A stretch of 64,000 nt of DNA from positions 1-64,000 of the IMG/VR virus record IMGVR_UViG_3300023074_000001. One strand, 5' to 3'. Positions 11,069-21,336 of this stretch are shown piece by piece; within the stretch, counting starts at the first letter, position 1, and each line of letters opens with the position of its first letter. The notes under the pieces are model-generated. The model searched no databases, was not told the DNA's origin, and saw only the letters and a program-made list of their open reading frames with translations. A program made the position numbers and the translations under genes. This DNA is from a virus.

Positions 11069-11653
11069 ATGTTAGTCGCTTTTTCAGGTTTTAAAGGCTC
11101 AGGTAAGGATACCGCAGCAAAAGTATTGATCGAAGAGTATGGGTTTACTAGAATCTTTTTTGCTGAGCCAATACTTCAAGCCTTAAAGGTATTAAATCCT
11201 ATAGTATGGCCTGATCCAGATAAATTCGGGTCTGTAGTTCGTTTCAAGGATGTATTAGATCAGTTCGGCTGGGATAAGGCTAAGCAATACACAGAGGTTC
11301 GTAGGCTCGGGCAGGTATTTGGTACCGAGGTCGGAAGAGAGTTCTTCTCTGAAGATTGTTGGCTACAGATTATGGATAAAGACTACCCTGATCTTAGCTG
11401 GGAAAATACTCGCTATGTCATTACAGATTGCCGTTTCGAAAACGAATGCCAGTTCGTTAGAGATAAAGGTGGGTCGATTACGTGGATTTATCGATCAGGA
11501 ACAGGCTCGGATGGACACGCTAGCGAATCTGATGTACCCTTTAACTACGCAAGCACAGTACTTCGAAACGACACAACAATAGAGGATTTGCACGACAGTG
11601 TAAGACTTCTCATGAAGATGAGAGGAATCGATAGTGCCAGCAACAGAAATTGA
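11069..11653 (+). CDS. deoxynucleoside monophosphate kinase
   Basis: SGFKGSGKDT, QVFGTEVGR, ITDCRFENE, HASE. Confidence 0.9.
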   Translation: MLVAFSGFKGSGKDTAAKVLIEEYGFTRIFFAEPILQALKVLNPIVWPDPDKFGSVVRFKDVLDQFGWDKAKQYTEVRRLGQVFGTEVGREFFSEDCWLQIMDKDYPDLSWENTRYVITDCRFENECQFVRDKGGSITWIYRSGTGSDGHASESDVPFNYASTVLRNDTTIEDLHDSVRLLMKMRGIDSASNRN

Positions 11654-12119
11654 AATTAAACTATCTGAATACATAGAAGAAGCTATTGCACTTAGATTTG
11701 ATTTTATCGTTCCTGATTTCCAGGCTGACTTTGTGCAACTACATTCTGCTGTCGTACAGTCTCAGGATATTTTGTCTAAAATAGAGAACATCTTGAGCAA
11801 GGTTATACGAGAGAAATCAGCAGCAGAAAGAAAAGTCTACTTAGATAAGATGCGGTTCCAGGAGAAGTTTGACCGTGCTATTTCTAATGCGGGTAAGAGA
11901 CCTACTCTTGGAGAATACGCTACAGGTAAGGAAAAAGTTTCAGAAGCAAATCTAGCTGCCTTTACTGAGTTGCGCATACTCAATGCTTCTGAATATCTTT
12001 TGTTGTTTGCTACAGAAGCAGTAGATATTATCAGGCTTCATTACTACGGTTTAGATAAGGTTCGTCAAGACCTTAGAAAGAGATTGGACTTGCAATCCGC
12101 TGATTTGCGCAACGCTTGA
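11634..12119 (+). CDS. helical protein, possibly UvsY-like recombination mediator
   Basis: Coiled-coil character and position before SSB/RecA; function is a guess. Confidence 0.35.
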   Translation: MPATEIEIKLSEYIEEAIALRFDFIVPDFQADFVQLHSAVVQSQDILSKIENILSKVIREKSAAERKVYLDKMRFQEKFDRAISNAGKRPTLGEYATGKEKVSEANLAAFTELRILNASEYLLLFATEAVDIIRLHYYGLDKVRQDLRKRLDLQSADLRNA

Positions 12120-12200
12120 GTCAGTGCAGTGATTGTGCTACAATTAACATAGCGTTCCAGACAGTGTTCGCTCATTTTAAAGAGAAAAGAGATTTTACCT

Positions 12201-13112
12201 ATGGCTAAGATGTCCTTCAGCAGTGAGAACAAAGCAGAAGATTTAGCAAGTTTCCCCAAGCTTAAGTTAGACCAAGATGAATCAGGACGTATTTCCTGCT
12301 TTGAGGAACCTGAAGTTGGCTTTGTACACAATATCCGAGCACCAAAGATTGTACAAGGCGAAGTAGTTTATAAGCGTGTAGATACAAAAAATGGCCCTGA
12401 AATGCAGATGGAATATGACTTCATCGGGAATCCGATCTGTCTGGGTGATTTTAATACGCTACAGGATCGCGGTATTGACCCTAAGAATTGCCCCGCTTGC
12501 AAGGCGGCTCAGGAGTCTCCTGATATGTTCCAGGCCCCTAAGCGTCGTTTCGCTATGCATGTTTTCCAGTACACCACAAATGGTACCAAGACTCCTACTA
12601 AGAACTTCCAGGGTTCAGTTAAGATTTGGGCATTCACCGATCAGAAGTTTAACGAACTAATTGATCTTATGGAGGAGGCACCAGGTAGAGATCTTCGTGA
12701 GATTGATATTATTGTCGGCCCCTGCGAGAACAAGCTGTTCCAGAAGTTCAAAATGGTTCACTCCAACCAAGTTAAGTGGAAGGATGCACCTGAGCAGTTC
12801 CAGGAGATTATCGCGGACAACAAGGCAAAGGATCTTACTAAGTTCCTTGGACGTAGTACTAAGAAGGATTGGCTCGAAGACGACCTTGATAAGGTTCGTG
12901 CGCGTTGGAATGTAGCTAACGGGCAGAAGGGTGAAAAGGCTAATGACAGTCTTGCTGGATCTGAGAAGGATCTAGACGCAGGTCTTGCTGGATTGTTAGA
13001 TGACCCATGGGCAGGTGCAAAGAAAGAAGAATCAAAGCCAGCAACTAAGAAAGCTGGTTCCGACGACAACGATGCTCCAGTAGATTTTGAGGAATTACTG
13101 AAAGACATCTGA
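12201..13112 (+). CDS. single-stranded DNA-binding protein (gp32-like)
   Basis: H/C...CPAC Zn site and acidic C-terminal tail DDNDAPVDFEELLKDI. Confidence 0.7.
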   Translation: MAKMSFSSENKAEDLASFPKLKLDQDESGRISCFEEPEVGFVHNIRAPKIVQGEVVYKRVDTKNGPEMQMEYDFIGNPICLGDFNTLQDRGIDPKNCPACKAAQESPDMFQAPKRRFAMHVFQYTTNGTKTPTKNFQGSVKIWAFTDQKFNELIDLMEEAPGRDLREIDIIVGPCENKLFQKFKMVHSNQVKWKDAPEQFQEIIADNKAKDLTKFLGRSTKKDWLEDDLDKVRARWNVANGQKGEKANDSLAGSEKDLDAGLAGLLDDPWAGAKKEESKPATKKAGSDDNDAPVDFEELLKDI

Positions 13113-13135
13113 ATAAAGTAAATGAGGCTCTGGAT

Positions 13136-13591
13136 ATGGTAGCGAAGATCAAGGCGTGTAAAGACTGTTTGTCAACAACACGCAAGCTACCACATCCAGG
13201 GCCTCGTTGTGTTACTTGCCATAGAGTTCGAAAGAAAGTACTTCGTACGAGAAGTCATTCTAGTAGAATGCAAACTCTGTATAATCTTAGCGATGGTGAA
13301 TACGATGCGCTCTACCAGGCTCAAGGTGGTATGTGTTACACTTGTGGTCTATGGACGGGCAATAGAGGGCTTACTAAAAAGCTTTCTGTAGATCATGATC
13401 ACAGTTGTTGTCCCGCACCTCCTATTTGTGGAAAATGTATTAGAGGGCTTATATGTGGCCCCTGCAACACTATGCTAGGAGAATTAGGTGACTCTAAAGG
13501 TCATGCCATTCTACGTCTAACAAAGCTAATGCAATATCTACAAAATCCACCAGCTCAAGATATGTTGAGGAGAATTCGTGATTCAAGGTAG
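13136..13591 (+). CDS. endonuclease VII-family protein
   Basis: QGGMCYTC...SVDHDH...RGLICGPCNTMLG. Confidence 0.9.
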   Translation: MVAKIKACKDCLSTTRKLPHPGPRCVTCHRVRKKVLRTRSHSSRMQTLYNLSDGEYDALYQAQGGMCYTCGLWTGNRGLTKKLSVDHDHSCCPAPPICGKCIRGLICGPCNTMLGELGDSKGHAILRLTKLMQYLQNPPAQDMLRRIRDSR

Positions 13592-13929
13592 TTGCTCTGT
13601 GTGTGGAATTTCTATGCGTTCGCACGATGGTTCTACATATAAGTCTAGACCTACTAGTAAATCAGTAACTAATAGGAATCCCCATAATCATAAGCTACCT
13701 TGGAGTTTCATCGCTGACGAGAATCCGGGAGATTATCGATACTGGCATGATTACGCACCTAACATAGTAACTAACTAGAATAGGCCAAACATGAATCATT
13801 ACGATCCAAAAACAGGATGGTACATTCATTTTGAAGTTAGACGTAGGGATGTATCTGCCGAGACAGTTAAGATAATAAAAGAAATTTTAGATGGTAAACC
13901 GTATATACCTAATGTAGAAAAGAGTAAAG

Positions 13930-14208
13930 ATGAAACCCCTGATTCTTGAATCAGAAGTAGCTCAAGATCTAGCAGTAGGCTGCGACACTAATGGCTACGT
14001 TTATATTGCAAATAACTTCGTAGGCGAGTGGCGATGGGGAGTTAACTATGAGCTAGTTATAAAAGATTCTGCTGGTAACTACTGGGCAACAGTTTATCAG
14101 GAGCAGACCGGCGATAATTATCACAACAGCCTAGAGGATAACTCAGCTCATTTTTATCCAGTAGTTCCAGAAGAGAAAGTTATTACTACCTATAAGAGGG
14201 TTAAATGA
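13930..14208 (+). CDS. hypothetical protein, probable paralog of the 48.5-50.2 kb family
   Basis: C-terminal VVPEEKVITTY motif. Confidence 0.6.
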   Translation: MKPLILESEVAQDLAVGCDTNGYVYIANNFVGEWRWGVNYELVIKDSAGNYWATVYQEQTGDNYHNSLEDNSAHFYPVVPEEKVITTYKRVK

Positions 14209-14548
14209 GTCATCAAATACAGCGGTGTAAGCATGGAGTTCTTTACTCCCAATGCAGGTGTCCTTCGCCTAATAGACAAGTAACAATAGTTCCTTGCACA
14301 TGGACAACATGTACCGAGAGAAGTCCTAAATCTTTAACGGACTCAGAAATAGAGGAGATTGCCTACGCTGAAATCTTTCAGTCTGCTAGAAGCATGATTG
14401 AGGATTGGATCGACGAAGAAGGTGAGTATTCTCGTGAGGACTTCCTTAAAATTCGCGCAAAGGCTCTCTTTCTTATTAGAGAACTAGAAGCAAGGTATGC
14501 GTAAGACTACAACATCAAACTAAAAGATACTAATACTTTGGAGTAACC

Positions 14549-15658
14549 ATGCCACCAAAAGCTAAGGCTCAAGAATCTATTGCTGACATTTTAGCAACAG
14601 CAAACAAAAAGTATGCAGATAAGTTTTCTCTAGGCTTTACCCGTAACGTTCAGTTCTTCGATACAGGCAACATCGCTTTGAATAGTCTCATAGGCGCAGG
14701 AGTTCCTAGAGGACGTATCAGTCAGTTCTATGGACAATCCATGAGTGGTAAGACTACTGCTGCTCTACAGACTGCTGCAATGACACAGAAAAAAATTATT
14801 GAATCAGGTTCTGAAGAATCTATTCTTTATATGGATTATGAGTGCGCTCTCGATGGAGACTACGCCTACAATCTTGGGCTTGATTTAGAGCATCCTTCTT
14901 TTACTATGCTTAGACCCGATGACTTCGAAACTGGTGGGAACATCTCCAGGGAATTAATCAAGTCAGGTCAGGTTCCCTTGGTTATCTGGGATTCCGTACC
15001 ATCGATGATGCCCTCTACTACTTTTGAGGATGAGGTAGGAAAGGCCGCTGTAGCTCCACTACCTAGAGTATTAGCACCATTTTTAGGAACCCTGAATCCT
15101 ATTCTCAACAAAACCAATACCGCAGCTATCTTTATTAATCACATAGGTGAGAAGATTGGTGGTATGCCAGGATTCGGTCCCCCTGCAAAGGTACGCCCGG
15201 GTGGTAAGGCTCTTACTTACTATTCCAGTGTAATGATCGAGTTTGCCGGAACGACCAAGGAAAAGGGTAAGGTCTATAATGTTTACGGTGAAGAAGTTGA
15301 AGTAGCCATTGCTACTGAGGTTAAGATGGTCTGCACCAAGAACAAGGTAGGTGTACCCATGCGTGAAGCTAAGGCTTTGGTTCGTTATGGTGAGGGATTT
15401 GATAACCTATGGTCTGCTCGTAAGATTCTGGAATATAAGAAGCTTATTATTTCTTCTGGAGCCTGGATTAAACTCGACCCTAGCCTAGGCGGTGGAAGCT
15501 ACAACGGAAGCGCTCAGTTTAATTCTCAGATGGCTAGCGACCCCTCCCTGAGGCAGAGACTCATTACCGCAGCTATCGATATTCTGGCAAATGATCCAGC
15601 TCCTACGACCGTAGCGACAGCACAACGTAAACTGATGCCTGAGACTGAAGAAGATTGA
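14549..15658 (+). CDS. recA: RecA/UvsX recombinase
   Basis: GVPRGRI, GQSMSGKTT, WDSV, FINH, PGGKAL, KNKV. Confidence 0.95.
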   Translation: MPPKAKAQESIADILATANKKYADKFSLGFTRNVQFFDTGNIALNSLIGAGVPRGRISQFYGQSMSGKTTAALQTAAMTQKKIIESGSEESILYMDYECALDGDYAYNLGLDLEHPSFTMLRPDDFETGGNISRELIKSGQVPLVIWDSVPSMMPSTTFEDEVGKAAVAPLPRVLAPFLGTLNPILNKTNTAAIFINHIGEKIGGMPGFGPPAKVRPGGKALTYYSSVMIEFAGTTKEKGKVYNVYGEEVEVAIATEVKMVCTKNKVGVPMREAKALVRYGEGFDNLWSARKILEYKKLIISSGAWIKLDPSLGGGSYNGSAQFNSQMASDPSLRQRLITAAIDILANDPAPTTVATAQRKLMPETEED

Positions 15659-15733
15659 CCTAGCCTGCCCATTCTGCTAGAGTAGAGAGACAGCGAGAGT
15701 TGTCTCTCTACTTTTCTTTTTAAGGAGTTTATT

Positions 15734-16840
15734 TTGAGTATTACCATCGATGACGTCAAGGAAAAACTATTAACCCTCGATGAGGTACGTGAGCGACTAG
15801 CACATACTGAGCCGCTAGCTACTTATGATTTCGGCTCAGAGGACCGTGTTGCATTTCGACTTGAGCCAGATTTTAATCACGGGCTGAAGGCACTACCAGG
15901 TAATGTGGCTATTCCTGGGTATATTTCGCTAGGCCAGACGCAACTTCAGCTTACTCGTGATGCTCTTTATGAGGCGGCATCTGAGGCTAAACTTGTAAAG
16001 GGTTTCGTTCAGACTGCACCAGCAGATATTCTTGCTGAGGTACTTAACTGGTATTACAATTCTGGAGCCGAAGGTAAGTCTTTTAAGATTCTAGGTATCC
16101 AGGGAGATAAGGCAGCAGCTATTACTCGCGGAGCGGTACAGCCTTATTCCAACTTGCGTCTGTTGGAGACAGCACTAAACGGTATTGAGGCACAGTATGG
16201 TACGGGTGAAGTGTTTGCGGACTATAAGTTTGTCCATGATCTTCAGCGTACGCACATGCGCCTTATTATTCCCGAGTATGTACGCACTATCGAGAATACA
16301 GGAACCGAGAATGACACCTGGTCTGTAGGTATTCAGCTAAAGAACTCTCTTACGGGGCTTGAGCAGACTGAAATCAACGGTTACCTTTTTCGCTACTGGT
16401 GCACTAATGGTGCCATCGATACTCGTAATAACTCCAATGCTATATGGTCTCGACGTGGAGCATCAGGCCGTAACGAGGATGCCGTATTTGAGTGGGCACG
16501 TGACGCAGTTGATGAGGTACTAGGTGGTCTTGAAGGTAGCCTAGACCTTGTTCAGGGTATGACTGACATCAGTATTGAGGGTACAGCAGTAGAGGCTCTA
16601 CGTGATGTATTCAATACTTACCATATTCCTCAGGCTCATCGCAACCGTATTCTTGGCAATATGGTAAATGAACAGAATCTTACCATGTACAACCTTATGC
16701 AGGCTGTTACTGAAGCAGCTAATGCTGATAACCTATCTCCAGCAGATGTTGATCGTCTTATGCGAGCAGGTGGAGATCTTCCTGAAATTGCTAACGACAG
16801 GTGTGACTCCTGCCATAGGTTCCTAGACCACAATCACTGA
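15734..16840 (+). CDS. DUF932/DUF945-like phage protein
   Basis: GIQLKNS...LFRYWCTNGA motif and NLMQAVT C-terminal motif. Confidence 0.5.
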   Translation: MSITIDDVKEKLLTLDEVRERLAHTEPLATYDFGSEDRVAFRLEPDFNHGLKALPGNVAIPGYISLGQTQLQLTRDALYEAASEAKLVKGFVQTAPADILAEVLNWYYNSGAEGKSFKILGIQGDKAAAITRGAVQPYSNLRLLETALNGIEAQYGTGEVFADYKFVHDLQRTHMRLIIPEYVRTIENTGTENDTWSVGIQLKNSLTGLEQTEINGYLFRYWCTNGAIDTRNNSNAIWSRRGASGRNEDAVFEWARDAVDEVLGGLEGSLDLVQGMTDISIEGTAVEALRDVFNTYHIPQAHRNRILGNMVNEQNLTMYNLMQAVTEAANADNLSPADVDRLMRAGGDLPEIANDRCDSCHRFLDHNH

Positions 16841-17142
16841 GTTGACACGATGAGGCATCTTTGGTAGAGTCCGCAGCTATGAAAGATGCCTCATCGGTGT
16901 ATCTGGATGTAACCGAATACGAAAAAATACGTCTCTCACCGAATACACCAGAATCCTGGTGTATTGCTGTAGAGGGCTACTGGGTACAGATAGTTCCAGC
17001 TATTGTGTATGAATTAGAGTATAGAGGGTTATTGACTCCCGATGAGATGATGTCAACTTACATCATCTGGGACTTGACGGCTGAGTTTGCTAGTGATAAG
17101 CTCAGGACATAAATTGCACCGTAACAAGACGAAAGGAGTACG

Positions 17143-17595
17143 GTGATGTCAGGAAGTGTTATGGTTCTTAACGCAGATTTAACCTTGCTGCATTCCGTAT
17201 CTCTTGAGCATTCTATTAGAATGATTGTTCGCGGTGTAGCAGAACTGCATGAAGCAGGTAATGAGTTTATAGGTAATTTTATACGACCTGTTTCTGTCAG
17301 ATTGGTTAAGTACGTTGTTACCACCTGGAGGTACCAAAGGCAGCCTAAGTGGTCTAAGAATGGCGTTCTGAGGAGAGATAACTTTAGGTGCGCCTTCTGC
17401 GAGGGTAAGGCATCTACTATCGATCACATCTTGCCTCGTTCTCAAGGTGGTAAGAACACCTGGAAGAATACTATTGCTGCATGTTCTCCGTGTAACAACA
17501 GAAAGGCTGACAGGACTCCAGAGCAGGCACACATGCCGCTGAAGTTCAAGGCTCGTGTACCGGAGTGGACAGATTTGTATAAGAGGCCAGAGTAA
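17143..17595 (+). CDS. HNH endonuclease (McrA/HNH_5-like)
   Basis: VLRRDNFRCAFC...TIDHILPRSQGG...CSPCNNRK. Confidence 0.9.
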   Translation: MMSGSVMVLNADLTLLHSVSLEHSIRMIVRGVAELHEAGNEFIGNFIRPVSVRLVKYVVTTWRYQRQPKWSKNGVLRRDNFRCAFCEGKASTIDHILPRSQGGKNTWKNTIAACSPCNNRKADRTPEQAHMPLKFKARVPEWTDLYKRPE

Positions 17596-17643
17596 TTACC
17601 AGCCGATATTTAAGGTAACTTCTTAATATCAGCGAGGTATATT

Positions 17644-19128
17644 GTGGCTGCTCCAACGCTTATTACTGTTCAAGGTAGATATGTTAAATTGGATGGAACA
17701 CCTGAAAAAGGCTCCATCCAATTTACCTCGTCTGTATTTTCGCTTGATTCAGATACTGACACTGTAATGGTTCCCAGTACTATTTCTGCTACCCTAGACA
17801 ATACAGGTAGCGTCTCTGTAGCCTTGCCAGCCACCGATGATCCTGATTGGACCCCTGTAGGCTGGACTTATCTTTTTACTGCACAATTCAGTAAGTCATT
17901 TTACAGCTTTGAGGTTGTTATACCTCATAATGCTCCTGATGGCATATTGTTAATTTCTGAACTTGTTCCTGCACAAAACGCTAATAGTCAGTTGTATGCT
18001 ACGTATTCTCATACACACGCGCAGTATGTTTCTGAATCAGAAATAGGCGCAGTAGTAGGTGAAGCTGTTGAGAATGAGTTGGCAAACTATTCTCCTATAA
18101 CACACTCTCACCCTAGTTTGTACGCTGCATTGATGCATACACATACAGCTGCACAGATTGTGTCAGGGTTTATTGACATAGCTAGATTGCCTGTAGGTTT
18201 GACATCTAACACAGTAGCAGCAGGTAACCATACTCATGCTGATCTGTATGTACCTATTGCTGATTTTGACAGTACCTTAGCTGATTATGTGTTAGCATCT
18301 GATCTTAGTACAACTTTAAATGCATACGCCACTGATGCTGATGTAACTACAACTTTGGCTGATTATGTGTTATCCGCTGGCCTTGCTACAACCTTGAGTT
18401 CATATGTTACTGAAAATGATTTAAGTGCAGCGCTTGATGATTACACAACTGCTAGTGATCTTAGTACTGCATTGTCAGGAAAGGCTAATACTTCACATAC
18501 TCATGCTATTAGTGATGTCCTTAACTTGCAAAGTACATTAGATTCTAAGCAGGCAGCAGGAGATTATTCTACGGTAGCACAAATGCAGTCGGGGGACGCA
18601 GCTGTTCTGTATACCGCCTCCGTAGCTTATGATGCTAGTGTTGCAGCGACAAATGCTGTAAATACTAAAGTTTCTAAATCTGGTGACTCTATTTCAGGAG
18701 ATTTAGAAATTAAGGCAGGAGATAACAGTAAGGGTTACCGTTTGCGTCCTACAGGTGGGGCACTAGATTTCGAATTCGGAGGAGCCGAGTTCTGGCTAGC
18801 TGGAAAATCTGGTTCACCTGGAGATCCTTACGGTGGAGATCAGCACGTAGTCTTAAAGCTTCGTCCCAATCAGGATCTTGTCACAGCAGTCGGAGTGTGG
18901 GAGTATACTGATGGTCCATACGGAGGTGCTAGACATCTTATTGATGGAACCAACGGTGTAGCTAGCTTAGGCTCTAAGAACGGCTTGACAAACCTACGCT
19001 TTGCAGGGTATAAAGATACTCCTGGAGCACCTACTACCGACACCTGGGCAACAGGTGATATGATAATGGACAGCAATAAAGTTTGGTGGCGTTGCTCATC
19101 AGGAGGCAGCCCGGGAACATGGACATGA
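17644..19128 (+). CDS. tail-fiber/virion fibre-like protein
   Basis: N-terminal virion-attachment-like domain, repeated H-T-H-A metal knots, TLADYV repeats, KVSKSGDSISGDL motif. Confidence 0.7.
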   Translation: MAAPTLITVQGRYVKLDGTPEKGSIQFTSSVFSLDSDTDTVMVPSTISATLDNTGSVSVALPATDDPDWTPVGWTYLFTAQFSKSFYSFEVVIPHNAPDGILLISELVPAQNANSQLYATYSHTHAQYVSESEIGAVVGEAVENELANYSPITHSHPSLYAALMHTHTAAQIVSGFIDIARLPVGLTSNTVAAGNHTHADLYVPIADFDSTLADYVLASDLSTTLNAYATDADVTTTLADYVLSAGLATTLSSYVTENDLSAALDDYTTASDLSTALSGKANTSHTHAISDVLNLQSTLDSKQAAGDYSTVAQMQSGDAAVLYTASVAYDASVAATNAVNTKVSKSGDSISGDLEIKAGDNSKGYRLRPTGGALDFEFGGAEFWLAGKSGSPGDPYGGDQHVVLKLRPNQDLVTAVGVWEYTDGPYGGARHLIDGTNGVASLGSKNGLTNLRFAGYKDTPGAPTTDTWATGDMIMDSNKVWWRCSSGGSPGTWT

Positions 19129-19144
19129 TAGAGAGAAAACTAAG

Positions 19145-19693
19145 TTGATTAAAGTAATTTTGGCTGCTACACTGGTACTCAGTTCACTGGCAGCTTGTGG
19201 ATCAGAAACACCGGCAGTAAAGACCACACCTAATACAGTAGCTCAGTCTGCTGACCCCGGTGAAACAGGTATGCCTGAGACAGAGCCAACTAGTTCTGTC
19301 TTAATAGGAAAAATGGGTAAAGACACTCTAATCTTTCCTGAATCTAAGTTGACAGTATTTTTAAGTCTGCCAGTAAAGTTTAGTCCATCTGATACCTCAG
19401 CGGGCCATACTGCCGGTAATAAAGCTTATAAGGTGAAGGTTGTCATAGAAAGTAGAGGGTCAGCAGTATTTGATCTTTCTTATCTTACGGTCGATACCTC
19501 GCTAGGTTCGGAGAGTACTGTAGCGGAGTCTGTAATTGATAGTGCTCAAAGCATTGAAGGCGTTCCTTACGTGAATCTTCCTCCAGGAAAGAAAAAGACT
19601 TTTGAGATTGCCTTCAGCGGTAAGAGTGACAACAATCACGTAGAGGTTTCAGTCGGTAGTACTTTCGGTGAAGTAGCCTTCTTCGAAAACTGA
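19145..19693 (+). CDS. lipoprotein (DUF4352-like Ig fold)
   Basis: Lipobox LAAC, Pro/Thr linker, LPPGKK motif. Confidence 0.7.
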   Translation: MIKVILAATLVLSSLAACGSETPAVKTTPNTVAQSADPGETGMPETEPTSSVLIGKMGKDTLIFPESKLTVFLSLPVKFSPSDTSAGHTAGNKAYKVKVVIESRGSAVFDLSYLTVDTSLGSESTVAESVIDSAQSIEGVPYVNLPPGKKKTFEIAFSGKSDNNHVEVSVGSTFGEVAFFEN

Positions 19694-19696
19694 GGG

Positions 19697-19725
19697 TTGA
19701 CAGACCACGCAAGATGATGTAATGT
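19697..19725 (+). promoter_or_regulatory. SigA-type promoter for first tRNA operon
   Basis: TTGACA-17bp-TAATGT. Confidence 0.75.
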
Positions 19726-19780
19726 AGTACTTGTAAGCGAGAGAAATAGAACTAACAGCCGAAATCATCGCTTACATCAT

Positions 19781-19856
19781 ACGGGTATATGGCCTCACGC
19801 TACGAACGTGTTGAAAGCCTAATGGATACATGCAGGTTCGACTCCTGTTACCCGTG
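19781..19856 (+). tRNA. atypical tRNA-Arg(ACG) lacking a normal D arm
   Basis: Acceptor ACGGGTA/TACCCGT, anticodon arm CACG-CTACGAA-CGTG, T arm GCAGG-TTCGACT-CCTGT. Confidence 0.65.
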
Positions 19857-19951
19857 CTTAGGGTTTGCCAGTAAGTGAATAATGTAGTAGGGTAAGCTTC
19901 GGCTATGCTACTACATTATCTTTATCCCTGCCTAGGCAAAACTGGCTCCAT

Positions 19952-20024
19952 GCGGTCGTAGCTCAGTGGTTAGAGCACTCGGTTGTCACCTGAGAGGTCG
20001 GGGGTTCAATTCCCCCTACGGATA
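19952..20024 (+). pseudogene. tRNA-Asp(GTC)-like gene with unpaired acceptor stem
   Basis: Good D, anticodon and T arms, but 5' GCGGTCG does not pair with 3' TACGGAT. Confidence 0.6.
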
Positions 20025-20183
20025 CGTTGAGGGAAGGCTAGCCAGGTTGCTATACCTGCTTTCCTCAGCTCTAACTTAATCAGCCAGTGTAGGACCGAGC
20101 TGGTGTTGACTTCTTGAGAAGGAACTGTTAGGCTCCAATCTAACAGAACTGAAACAGGCATGAAAATGCTATCGGTCTGCCAA

Positions 20184-20257
20184 GGTGTTGTGGCCTAGTT
20201 GGTTAAGGCATCAGATTGTCAATCTGAAGATCGCGGGTTCGAGTCCCGTCAGCACCG
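20184..20257 (+). tRNA. tRNA-Asp(GTC)
   Basis: Cloverleaf; TCAGA-TTGTCAA-TCTGA. Confidence 0.93.
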
Positions 20258-20444
20258 CATGGTTTTAATTTTGAAGGCAATTAAAAGAATTTGCACAAAC
20301 TGTGAGGGTACAGGATGTCCCCCTGTAGTTATAAGGGGTACATAGTTATCTAATGCCAGCTATTACGTGTCTATGGTGTAACGGTAAACAGGGTGGTTGC
20401 TACAAATGCAACTGGACCGGATTGATTTGGATATAATTTAATAT

Positions 20445-20515
20445 GCGATAGTAGCTCAATGGTAGAGCGAAACGTTGCCAACGTTTATACGGGAGTTCGA
20501 TTCTCCTCTATCGCT
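20445..20515 (+). tRNA. tRNA-Gly(GCC)
   Basis: Cloverleaf; AAACG-TTGCCAA-CGTTT. Confidence 0.92.
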
Positions 20516-20645
20516 CGGGACGACCAGTGAAAAGTACAGGCTGATGCCCTTCTATACTGAAAAGTCTTGAGTAGCTTAAGATGCTCTTGATACTAGCTGT
20601 ATAGTTGGTCGGTGTGTCACTGTCTGGGGACGAAAACTTTTCAAT

Positions 20646-20717
20646 GCGGGGTTAGTATAAAAGTAATTATGCGACGCTTCCAACGTTGAGACACCGGGGC
20701 AGTACCGGTACTCCGCT
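20646..20717 (+). tRNA. tRNA-Gly(TCC)
   Basis: CGACG-CTTCCAA-CGTTG; variant T loop GGCAGTA. Confidence 0.85.
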
Positions 20718-20833
20718 CGTGATAAAATATAAGTGTACTATATGTTATGATACTGGCTATGTGTGGAATCAGGCAGAAGGCAAAAGCATTCCGTGTTACC
20801 CAGACATTCATAATAAATATCCAAGTAAATAAT

Positions 20834-20907
20834 GCCGCCATAGCTCAGAAGGTTAGAGCGTATCCTTGGTACGGATAAGGCGATCGGTTCGATTCCGATT
20901 GGTGGCT
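20834..20907 (+). tRNA. tRNA-Thr(GGT)
   Basis: TATCC-TTGGTAC-GGATA. Confidence 0.93.
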
Positions 20908-21258
20908 CATGGTAGTAAATACGAGTTCATGGATTTGCAGCAAGTGTAAAGCCCTTGGTGATTTTACTATAACTAAGGAGAGCACCTTTACATATTCTGC
21001 AAGGTGCAATTCCTGCGGTAAGTCCAACTGGTTTGCTAAATAAATCTCTTCTCATAAGAGAGGCCGAAGATGGTAGATTCAACCTGACACTTTCTTGATT
21101 AACAGTCAAGGAGGTGATATAAATGCCGGGACCGATGTCCGCACCTAACGGTAATAAGAAGCTAGTAACAGATGCTAAGCTTCGAGAAAGCTTGAGAGCC
21201 AAAAGCCAACTCAAGACAGGCAAAACTCAAAGTAAATAAGAGCAGAAATGCTCTTTTT

Positions 21259-21336
21259 GCACTATGGTAGTAGGTGGTCCTGCTGCACCTCTGCAAAAGG
21301 TGTTTATACGTTCCGGTCCGATTCCGGCATAGTGCT
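21259..21336 (+). tRNA. tRNA-Cys(GCA), divergent
   Basis: CACCT-CTGCAAA-AGGTG; GCACTATG/CATAGTGC acceptor; U73. Confidence 0.75.

Noticed and set aside
8055-15658. Inteins or introns in polA or recA
   Set aside because: Motif spacing and lengths are normal; no splice-junction motifs seen
17143-17595. IscB-like RNA-guided nuclease
   Set aside because: Only 150 aa, with no RuvC motifs and no room for an upstream omega RNA
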